Below are positions 24,390 to 31,424 of a DNA stretch of 31,424 nucleotides, one piece after another (the first letter of the stretch is position 1; every line of letters begins with the position of its first letter). The notes beneath the pieces are model-generated. The model searched no databases, was not told the origin of the DNA, and worked only from the letters and a program-made list of their open reading frames with translations. This DNA comes from a virus. Its lineage: Duplodnaviria > Caudoviricetes. The stretch lies in IMG/VR virus record IMGVR_UViG_3300037851_000161, positions 1 to 31,424 of that record; one strand, 5' to 3'. The position numbers and the translations under genes are program-made.

Positions 24390-24495
24390 GTTGACCCTCT
24401 CGGTCTTTGTGTCTGCACTCCGCGCTACACCAGCGCTCGTTGTACGGTATGTCGATTCCGCATCGCCGGCAATGTTTCGCCCATCGTGATTGCAC
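24271..24495 (-). CDS. DUF2116-like Zn-ribbon small protein
   Basis: HCRRCGIDIPYNERWCSAEC; 3' part overlaps the glycosyltransferase gene. Confidence 0.5.
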   Translation of the reverse strand: MQSRWAKHCRRCGIDIPYNERWCSAECRHKDREGQHGDKNRDGKFPGRQTDNRDANRRAEGAVPGISDGNDAAS

Positions 24496-24496
24496 G

Positions 24497-25072
24497 TCAG
24501 GTGTGGTAGTAACGATAGTTCGCGATGAGATGATCGAACACTAACTCAAGCCGCGAGGAAATAGTACCGATGACCTGAGATTCCCTGTTCTGGTACAGGT
24601 CCGCGGTGAGAACCATCACGGCGTCAAACAGGTCAGATGGCACATCATTCCACGTAGCCCAACCACTTACAAATCGGACAGCAACACCATTCAGCGGGCG
24701 CAGCATATCCGTCGGCCATGACAGTCCGGTTTTCAGCGCGATCCTCGCAGGAATCGACGCTACGTCAACCTGATAATTGGCCGCATCAAATGTGGACCAG
24801 TCAGAGCCCGTGTCGGCGTAATACTTGATGCTCGTCACCGATGTTACCGGGCCATTCGGCAGTTGCACCGGCGAGCTCGGGAACGTGTCGAGGAACCAGT
24901 CCCACGTGGACGATATCAGCGATAGGCCGGTGATTCGCTCGATGTATTGGATTGCCGCTGCGCACTTCCGCTCGATATCCATATCCTCGATGCTGTGAGT
25001 AACGCGAAGATGTTCTTTTATCACAGTCAGCGATGGCAGCGGCGTCGATGGCGCGGTAACAAGTGATAGCAC
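24497..25072 (-). CDS. Head-tail connector (HK97 gp6 / phiE125 gp8-like)
   Basis: IKEHLRV...ED, IERITG, LP.GPVTSVTSIKY, VP.DL..AV.VL..DLYQNRE. Confidence 0.92.
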   Translation of the reverse strand: MLSLVTAPSTPLPSLTVIKEHLRVTHSIEDMDIERKCAAAIQYIERITGLSLISSTWDWFLDTFPSSPVQLPNGPVTSVTSIKYYADTGSDWSTFDAANYQVDVASIPARIALKTGLSWPTDMLRPLNGVAVRFVSGWATWNDVPSDLFDAVMVLTADLYQNRESQVIGTISSRLELVFDHLIANYRYYHT

Positions 25073-25090
25073 GATAGCACCTATTGTTCA

Positions 25091-25124
25091 GATGCGCGAC
25101 GACTCCCCCGAGCCGTCGCGCATC
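25091..25124. other. Strong hairpin after the capsid/decoration genes
   Basis: GATGCGCGACG...CGTCGCGCATC 11-bp stem; no U tract, so possibly an mRNA stabiliser or partial terminator. Confidence 0.6.
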
Positions 25125-25141
25125 CCTTGGATCAACTGCGA

Positions 25142-25609
25142 TCAGTCGGTGATAGCAGCCGGAGGCGTGGCCTGCTTGTAGCGGGTATCCAGGTAGTACA
25201 TGACTTCCGTGATATTAGCCGCATTCGATGCTGAGGTAATTGCGGTGATGCAATCGAATCCGCCAGCGACATCGAGCGATGCTGGCTCGATCTGGAATAC
25301 GACTACCTTGTTAGTCGTCGTTGCGCCAGTCGCATAATTCACAGCATCTGTCTGCCGCACGAGGGTATCACTCGCCGCAACATTGGTGTTGGCCCAGATC
25401 GGCACAGTGTTAGTGATTACCTTCGACCCGGTTCCGGCAACGGCTGTCGCCTGATTGATACTAACGGTTACAGCAGCCGCGTTGCCTTGCGTGATGTGCG
25501 CGACAACGTAGCAGGCGTGTGCGTTTTTGAGCGAGATGTAATCGCCAGTCCGTCCCGCAGCGTCAGCCGCGGGAGGAAGGCCTTCAACGAGTTTGAATTG
25601 TTCGACCAT
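25142..25609 (-). CDS. Capsid decoration / auxiliary head protein
   Basis: Directly after the capsid gene; GDYISLKN, LDVAGGFDCI, RY motifs; Ala/Thr-rich beta protein. Confidence 0.75.
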   Translation of the reverse strand: MVEQFKLVEGLPPAADAAGRTGDYISLKNAHACYVVAHITQGNAAAVTVSINQATAVAGTGSKVITNTVPIWANTNVAASDTLVRQTDAVNYATGATTTNKVVVFQIEPASLDVAGGFDCITAITSASNAANITEVMYYLDTRYKQATPPAAITD

Positions 25610-25641
25610 TGTTGATTGTCCTTTCTTACTTGGCTAACTAA

Positions 25642-26919
25642 CTACGAACGGGTTTCCACGACGACGAACGGAGACAAGGTAGCCGATCCCTTGTACGGGG
25701 TGATTGCCGATGTCCAGCGCGGCGTTCCATCGATGCGGTAAGTGAAGCGGAACACTTCCTCGTCATACAGGAAGCGCACGTGCATCGATGATGCCTGATT
25801 CACCACGCCCTTTGTGGCTACGACGTACTGCGACATATCGGCGACCATGATGTCCCCTGTAGTGCCGAGCGCCGCGCACTGCTCCAGGATGTTGATCCGA
25901 CGGCCATACAACGTTCCGAGCGGCGCATCGGCAACTCTGCCGGGCGGAACAAACATCGGTGTTGCCGCAGACGAAGCAGCCGATGTAAGTAGTAGTAACT
26001 GCGCGTACACTTCTGAGTTCAAGAACCACTCGGCGCGATTCTGGCTCGCCGCCGGAAGACGACCGAACATCTTACTGACGTTGGCCCAGTTTACGGTAGC
26101 AGCCGTCTGCGAGCCTTCCTTTGTGATGGTAACAAGAGCGCCGGAATTCATCATTCCGAGAGGCGTTCCTGCGCCAGTTCCGTTGTAGATCGCCTCGTCG
26201 AGTCCGAAGCCGATCTCCGCAGGGACTACCTGACTTACGATCCCCTGCAATGCTGTCGCATCCGCGAGTAACTCGCTCGTGGCGTAAAAAATCGCCATGA
26301 GTTTCTTGAGTTCGAGTTCGACCCGCTTGAATTTCGGCTGCGTCGCCGTAACCGTCGCGGCCTCAGCGGCCCAGTACGCACGCACGCCGCCGTAACGCGA
26401 GCCGTTCGCCCGCGATGTCTCGTCTATGCTGTTGATCTTGACGCCGTTGAAGCCATCTCCGATCGGCACATTGAAACATTTCGGAAGCAAAATGGAGGTC
26501 TGGAAAATTCCCTCGTAGACCTCGTTCGCCATCTGCTTGTCTACGAGGAATCCGCCTTCGCTCCCGATCGTTTCATTCGCGCCGCTCGCGTACTTGCGAA
26601 GCCTGGGATCGATGTAACCGCTCGAAGGATTCACATTCTTGACAGCGATCAGAAACTCGCCGAAGGAAGTAAATGGCCGATCCTCAGCGTTGTCTCTTAT
26701 TACCGCCACGCGCGGTTCGCTGGCCATTCGAGTTTTCACCTTCGCGAGCGCATCATCGTGCGCAAGGATTTGTTTGTCGATATCGTCGATTGCGGCATCG
26801 ATTTCAGACGCACGCGCGATATCATCCGTTGTTGCCGTTTCGGTGTTGAGCGCCGCGAGCAATTGCTGTGCTTCCTGCGCTAGCGTCGCCCGCTGCTGTA
26901 GAAGTTCGCGCTTGTTCAT
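25642..26919 (-). CDS. Major capsid protein (HK97 fold with N-terminal delta domain)
   Basis: Coiled-coil N-terminus; EGGFLV, KKLMA...TSELLADA, AIYNGTGAGTPLG, TLYGRRI, FRFTYRIDG. Confidence 0.97.
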   Translation of the reverse strand: MNKRELLQQRATLAQEAQQLLAALNTETATTDDIARASEIDAAIDDIDKQILAHDDALAKVKTRMASEPRVAVIRDNAEDRPFTSFGEFLIAVKNVNPSSGYIDPRLRKYASGANETIGSEGGFLVDKQMANEVYEGIFQTSILLPKCFNVPIGDGFNGVKINSIDETSRANGSRYGGVRAYWAAEAATVTATQPKFKRVELELKKLMAIFYATSELLADATALQGIVSQVVPAEIGFGLDEAIYNGTGAGTPLGMMNSGALVTITKEGSQTAATVNWANVSKMFGRLPAASQNRAEWFLNSEVYAQLLLLTSAASSAATPMFVPPGRVADAPLGTLYGRRINILEQCAALGTTGDIMVADMSQYVVATKGVVNQASSMHVRFLYDEEVFRFTYRIDGTPRWTSAITPYKGSATLSPFVVVETRS

Positions 26920-26936
26920 TCGCGTTCTCCCTTGTT

Positions 26937-27563
26937 TCATTGGCCCATCGTCCGCAGACGCAGGCCCAGTATTGCCCGTGCGATCTCCACACCGGGTTTT
27001 GCGGTTAGCGCGGGCGAACCTTTGCTACCCACAGAAGTACGTAAGTGGCGTATCATCCCAACTTGCTCAGGCCGTGGACACGCCGAAAACAATCTCGCAC
27101 CTGAGTCAGCGCCGACAGGCACAATTGCCACAGCCTCCGGCTCCCAGTCTTCCGAAATGATGTTGCGGTACTTGTCTCCGCGTTTCGTAACATCTCGCGT
27201 CGAATGCAGGACAGCTTCTACTGACACTTGCCGCAAGATACCGGATGATACCTTTTGCCAGATCGGATCGACATCGGGAGTATCGGAAAATCGCGTTTCT
27301 CCGTAGAGGGCACCATCCGAGACATACGCTTTCTCGATAACTCCGATTACGTTGTCTACGGAGCGATTATGATCCTTGAGGAGCGGTCCGCCTATAATGC
27401 GATCCATGCGGATCGAGTTCTCGGTAAGTGACAGACTCAGGTAATACTCCAGGTCTGCCATCCAATCATAGCGATAGACGGGCTCGCCACTGTAGATCAC
27501 CATGCGCTTGACGCGATCTCCCGTATCATCAGGAACAAACGACGCAAGAAATGTTTGCTTCAT
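26937..27563 (-). CDS. Prohead maturation protease (HK97 family)
   Basis: PLLKDHNR...VIGV, RFS, V.SGILRQVSV, WEP..A.VPVGADSGA. Confidence 0.9.
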   Translation of the reverse strand: MKQTFLASFVPDDTGDRVKRMVIYSGEPVYRYDWMADLEYYLSLSLTENSIRMDRIIGGPLLKDHNRSVDNVIGVIEKAYVSDGALYGETRFSDTPDVDPIWQKVSSGILRQVSVEAVLHSTRDVTKRGDKYRNIISEDWEPEAVAIVPVGADSGARLFSACPRPEQVGMIRHLRTSVGSKGSPALTAKPGVEIARAILGLRLRTMGQ

Positions 27564-28000
27564 TGATTCACCCCTAATAGCATCAGCGCGTACAAATCAT
27601 CGATGAGCGCATCCGCACCGCGAAACCGGCTCGACCCAGAAAGCACATGCTTACCAACATCGATTGCAGCAGATACAGTCCGCTGTCGCCGTATACCCGT
27701 GATGGCGATTCCGAGATTTGTCACTCCGAGGTCTCCATCAAATGATTTCTCAATCTGCCAGTCCGATGCGAGTACGACGCCTTTGCAGTCGATCGATCCA
27801 GCGTATTCCCTCGCGGGGGGAGGAAGTAAGATGATGTTTCCGCTTCCTCCGGTACCAACAGGGACAACCCGCACATACGATCCATCAAGGACCGTGGGAA
27901 TGACTTCAATCTCTCCGGCAACAATGCGAACCGTCGCGCTGAATTGCGGGAAGTACTCAGCGTGATAATACTCATGGGAGAAATATGCGCTAGGAAACAT
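27560..28000 (-). CDS. Hypothetical virion-associated protein
   Basis: MFPSAYF..YY...YFP N-terminus; tightly coupled within the late operon. Confidence 0.6.
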   Translation of the reverse strand: MFPSAYFSHEYYHAEYFPQFSATVRIVAGEIEVIPTVLDGSYVRVVPVGTGGSGNIILLPPPAREYAGSIDCKGVVLASDWQIEKSFDGDLGVTNLGIAITGIRRQRTVSAAIDVGKHVLSGSSRFRGADALIDDLYALMLLGVNQ

Positions 28001-29180
28001 CTATCGTGATCGATGTCCTGTTGCCGCTTCCATCGACATCAGCAACGATCCTGTCCTTACTATCCGTTATGTCTCTGATCGTAACCGTTCCTGATCCAGA
28101 ATTGTATGTCAACTTACCAGCGAGCGCGGAAAGGATCAACCGTATCGTCTGTTTCAGCGTCAACGTTGACTCGATCGTCGATGTGTCGATTACTTGAGTC
28201 GCTATTTCAGTCGCCGTAGGAAGAGCCGCAATATCAGCCGACACCGAAGCCCCAGATGGAGCGCCCAAACGAGCATAGGAGTCTCCCGTCTGCGTAACAC
28301 CAATTACCCAGTCGGCAAGCTTTTTCCCGATGCTACCGGCTGTCGTAAGAGCAGATGTTAGCGCATCCCAGATCGATTGCACCGCGGATGCGGATATGTT
28401 TACCGCGGCAGTAACGCTTCCGACTGACCCGCTGAGATTGCCGGTGATGTTTCCCGTCACGTCGAACGTCTGCGAAGATGACAGCGAGTATCCTGTCTTG
28501 TCCGACACGGTTGATGCAGTGTAACCGGTCTTGTCGTTGTTTGTCCCGACCGTGACCGTGCCGCTCGACAGTAGCACCTGTCCCGCGCCGCTGCCGGATG
28601 AGATCAGCACACTGGCACCAATATCGCGCGCCGTTTGCGATGTCCCGCCGAGCGCCACAGTATTCGCGTCGATGGTTCCATTCGCCGCCTGATTGATCTG
28701 CCCAGCGCCGGTGCCGCGCGTGAATAGTCCGCCAGATGCTTCCGCCGCCGCATTCGGCAGCGCCGTCAGCCCGAGCCGCACGGAGTCTTGGCCGTTGTAG
28801 GCCACCAGCGGAATCTGAATCGGCAACACGGCTACTCCGGTCGCCGTCAGATAGATTGTGAGCGACTGGCACGAGTTAGTTGCATTCACCCAGTCCGCGT
28901 GAATCTGAATCTCGTAGACGCCGATCATATTTGTGTTATCGACGGCCTTGATGCGGATGTTGGTGTTCGCTGTAGGGGACGCGTAAGTTCCGATGGTCGA
29001 GATATCCTCTGGAGTAATCGCTCCTGAGATCGCCTCGCCGCTGCGGATGTAGCGGCACGCCCACGAGCTATACGCCACCGATGCCTTGCCCGCTCCAATT
29101 GTCGATGCCGAGTCCTGCGCGAACACGTGGAAGATGAGCCCAGAGTTACCCGAAGCGCCACGCGTGATGATTCTCTGCAT
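27990..29180 (-). CDS. Fibre-like virion protein
   Basis: Gly/Ala/Thr-rich; DKTGY repeat, TGNITGNLSGSVGSV, IWD...TAGSIGK, C-terminal DRIVADVDGSGNRTSI. Confidence 0.7.
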   Translation of the reverse strand: MQRIITRGASGNSGLIFHVFAQDSASTIGAGKASVAYSSWACRYIRSGEAISGAITPEDISTIGTYASPTANTNIRIKAVDNTNMIGVYEIQIHADWVNATNSCQSLTIYLTATGVAVLPIQIPLVAYNGQDSVRLGLTALPNAAAEASGGLFTRGTGAGQINQAANGTIDANTVALGGTSQTARDIGASVLISSGSGAGQVLLSSGTVTVGTNNDKTGYTASTVSDKTGYSLSSSQTFDVTGNITGNLSGSVGSVTAAVNISASAVQSIWDALTSALTTAGSIGKKLADWVIGVTQTGDSYARLGAPSGASVSADIAALPTATEIATQVIDTSTIESTLTLKQTIRLILSALAGKLTYNSGSGTVTIRDITDSKDRIVADVDGSGNRTSITIDVS

Positions 29181-29181
29181 A

Positions 29182-30276
29182 TCAGCCTCTCATCCCTCCA
29201 GCCATGCCGGGATGCGTCAGGAGTCCGCCGCCTGCGCTTGCGCCATCGTCGAAGCCATCGAGTATCAGGCCAGCCATGATCCTCGCGGTCGTCGTGTCCG
29301 TCCAAGATTCTGATCCGGTTGGATTGTTGGCCGTCGATAAGTAAGCCTCGATACCCATCTCGGTAACTGCGAATTGCGCATTCGAGCCGAGCGAGTAGTG
29401 ATACGACGTGAGCGATGTCGTCGTCGTGGGCTTGATTACCACGCGGTATGTCGTATCGGCTGCCAGCTCGACCGATGACGTGAGCATGTAGCGGCCTGCC
29501 CGGGCCGAGGTCCCGTATCGGATATCCTTGTCGAGCACTACGCGGGCCAGCGCATTGCCGTTTGTGCCGTCCCAGTTATCGGCTACGAGCAGCAAGTCCA
29601 TATCGCCATCCATGTCCGCCTGGGCCCACAGCCCGCCCACGCGAACCTTGCACGGCAGACGGAACCGCAGAGCGCGGTGATTCGGGTTCGTCGAGCTTGA
29701 GAATGTCGTGCTGGTTATCGAACTGGCGAATGAGTTATGCGGCTGATACGCGTACGACCCGTCGGAGTACTCAAGCAGAAACACAAGCTGATATGTTCCC
29801 GAGTAACCACTCCATGAACTGGTGTATGTAGCCATATACGGGAAGTTCCCGGTATTCGAGTATCCGGCAAGGCTGACGATCTGCATGTTGCCGAACGACA
29901 CCGACGGATTCGCTATTACGATCGCGATGATGTCGTTCTTTGTTACCGACGCATCCGATGTCAGTTGCGTCTCGTACACGGTGCTCCCCGCGCTTACAAC
30001 CTGCGATCCGTTAGTGTTCGTGCCCCAGAGGGTTCCCGTGGGCATTCCCGTCGATGTGCTGACTGTCTCGATTCGCACATCGAGCGTCGCCCCAGTTGTC
30101 ACCGTTCCCGTGCGCCAGATCACTTTGCGAATTGAGCCTGTTTTGGGAGCCTGACAGATGATTGCTACCTTCTCATCGGCGGCGTCGATTACGAACGTCG
30201 ATGTCAGGAAACTCAGCGCAGACGTATCATACGGAATCGGCGGAATGACGATACCATTGATCGCCTGGAATGCCAT
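29182..30276 (-). CDS. Tandem beta-sandwich (possible carbohydrate-binding) virion protein
   Basis: Two similar halves (LTSDASVTKNDIIAIVI / LTSSVELAADTTYRVVI); C-terminal GGGLLTHPGMAGGMRG. Confidence 0.65.
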   Translation of the reverse strand: MAFQAINGIVIPPIPYDTSALSFLTSTFVIDAADEKVAIICQAPKTGSIRKVIWRTGTVTTGATLDVRIETVSTSTGMPTGTLWGTNTNGSQVVSAGSTVYETQLTSDASVTKNDIIAIVIANPSVSFGNMQIVSLAGYSNTGNFPYMATYTSSWSGYSGTYQLVFLLEYSDGSYAYQPHNSFASSITSTTFSSSTNPNHRALRFRLPCKVRVGGLWAQADMDGDMDLLLVADNWDGTNGNALARVVLDKDIRYGTSARAGRYMLTSSVELAADTTYRVVIKPTTTTSLTSYHYSLGSNAQFAVTEMGIEAYLSTANNPTGSESWTDTTTARIMAGLILDGFDDGASAGGGLLTHPGMAGGMRG

Positions 30277-30494
30277 CAGTCAATATCCCTGTCATTCAGC
30301 CACGCGCGCAGTTCCGCGTACGTGTTGATTCCCGCAGCTTTCGCGGCGGCGCGAATATGCGCGAGTAGCGGATGCTCTGATTCGCTCCGCTCTGCCATCT
30401 CCGCAAAATGGAAACAATGCCGCCTGCCGCGATACTCGATGTCAATGTGACGGCAACTCGCGGACGGTGGCGGAAACAACGTGATACGCGCCAT
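30276..30494 (-). CDS. Hypothetical protein
   Basis: TGATG coupling with the downstream gene. Confidence 0.6.
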   Translation of the reverse strand: MARITLFPPPSASCRHIDIEYRGRRHCFHFAEMAERSESEHPLLAHIRAAAKAAGINTYAELRAWLNDRDID

Positions 30495-30495
30495 G

Positions 30496-30945
30496 TTACT
30501 CGCCCTTCATCGCATCAGCAAACGCCATCAGCGCTTTCTTGATCGAGCGGATCTCGCGCAATATCTCTTCGATCTTTCCATTCGGAGAATCATCAGAGAT
30601 ATCATCGATCTCGTGCCATGAGACCGTGCCAAGCGGGCCGATCACTTCCCGCCATTTCATCGGGTCCGGTTTCTGCATCGGGACCGGACACTCGAAGTTA
30701 GTTCCTCCAGGCTCGTTCGTTTCACCGATTGGTATGTTCACTATGTCCGCCTGCGACAGGTCCGCGTTCACTCGCACCCAACCTACATTCAGCACGTAGC
30801 TGTCATACTGCGGGCCGAAGTTTCCCAACCATCGCTTGATCGGATGAGAAGCGTTGAACGGTGGCGGATCAACGCCGAATTGCGCCCTGTAGTCCGCGCG
30901 CGTCTGATAGATTTTTGCGAGCCTGATATCGGCGATTGTTTTCAT
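30496..30945 (-). CDS. Hypothetical protein with C-terminal coiled coil
   Basis: Tight packing in the late operon; KIEEILREIRSIKKAL. Confidence 0.65.
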   Translation of the reverse strand: MKTIADIRLAKIYQTRADYRAQFGVDPPPFNASHPIKRWLGNFGPQYDSYVLNVGWVRVNADLSQADIVNIPIGETNEPGGTNFECPVPMQKPDPMKWREVIGPLGTVSWHEIDDISDDSPNGKIEEILREIRSIKKALMAFADAMKGE

Positions 30946-30948
30946 TTA

Positions 30949-31332
30949 CTAACTCGCGAGTTTGAGTTTCGGCGTGATCTTCAGCGCGTATCCCGCGCCG
31001 GTCGCGAATGGAGCATCGAGCGCTTCAATGCCTAGCAGTGTCCCGGTCCCGGCGTCCGTCAAATAGTACCCAAGAATTGTTCCAGCCGATCCGCTGAACG
31101 AGAACGTCTGCTCCGGGTACTCGGTCTCGACAGGATCACCGACGGGAGACCATGATGCCCTGTTCAGCGTGATCGCGCTGTATCCGCCGCCAGTAGCTTC
31201 CGTGACATCGGCCTCGGTCATGTCTGGTGTGATCGTAGCTGCGGTATACAGGTGCAGGCCGATATCATCCATAGCATCGAGAAAAGATTCAAACATCAGC
31301 ACCGATGCCTGAGTAACAAATGTGCCAGCCAT
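30949..31332 (-). CDS. Fibre-anchoring-type beta protein (phage tail fibre N-terminal-like)
   Basis: LHLYT...TEATGGGYSAITL...W...YP.QTF...GTI.GYY..D..GTLL pattern; GGAGGAG RBS. Confidence 0.7.
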   Translation of the reverse strand: MAGTFVTQASVLMFESFLDAMDDIGLHLYTAATITPDMTEADVTEATGGGYSAITLNRASWSPVGDPVETEYPEQTFSFSGSAGTILGYYLTDAGTGTLLGIEALDAPFATGAGYALKITPKLKLAS

Positions 31333-31335
31333 GAT

Positions 31336-31424
31336 TTACTCCTCCCTCACTCCGATGATACGGCCCTCGCTATCACGCTCGACTACGCGCCGCCCGAGCT
31401 TAGGTAACTCAGGCATATTTACGA
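31336..31424 (-). CDS. C-terminal fragment of the upstream gene (possibly a portal C-terminal extension)
   Basis: Open frame VNMPELPKLGRRVVERDSEGRIIGVREE*; position upstream of head genes; identity is inference. Confidence 0.45.
   Translation of the reverse strand, partial: VNMPELPKLGRRVVERDSEGRIIGVREE

Larger units (their letters stand above)
1..31424. mobile_element. Tailed dsDNA phage (siphovirus, HK97-like head) genome segment, permuted; terminase and most of portal not in window
   Basis: Canonical order of protease, capsid, connector, tail tube, chaperones, tape measure and fibre genes, plus Bet/RusA/replication initiator and HNH; no host housekeeping genes. Confidence 0.97.

Noticed and set aside
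11458-31035. Numerous plus-strand ORFs across the late region (e.g. 11458-11991, 19383-19955, 20538-21104)
   Set aside because: Antisense shadows of well-supported minus-strand genes, with no RBS or recognisable motifs
1-31424. Genome-wide TAG reassignment suggested by the split neck gene
   Set aside because: Capsid, DUF5131 and other genes end at TAG at their natural family C-termini, and long genes are uninterrupted in the standard code

Overview
This window is a near-complete, circularly permuted genome segment of an HK97-fold siphovirus. The late operon lies on the minus strand and runs in this order: probable portal C-terminus, a six-gene fibre-like/hypothetical insert, prohead protease, major capsid, decoration protein, head-tail connectors with an inserted glycosyltransferase, tail tube, G/GT chaperones with a -1 frameshift, tape measure, hub, beta-helix spike, a block of signal-peptide-bearing fibre/hydrolase genes, and holin-like genes. 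The early/middle region encodes Bet, RusA, a replication initiator with an intragenic iteron origin, DUF5131, a solo HigA-like HTH, a MazG-like protein and two ribbon-helix-helix proteins. A terminase-associated HNH sits at the left end. Terminase and most of the portal fall outside the window, and I see no integrase, CI-type repressor or canonical endolysin. The most notable observations are: (1) four tail-distal proteins, including clear tail-fibre-like ones, carry Sec-type signal peptides with Gln at +1 and evenly paired cysteines, suggesting periplasmic export and oxidative folding of virion receptor-binding parts; (2) two oppositely oriented early operons carry paralogs of an unknown His/Trp-conserved family and share promoter motifs; (3) a secreted DUF4185-like hydrolase occupies the position where an endolysin is expected; (4) two structured non-coding elements; (5) a neck gene split by an in-frame amber codon. 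All family assignments are by-eye motif recognition, not database searches.
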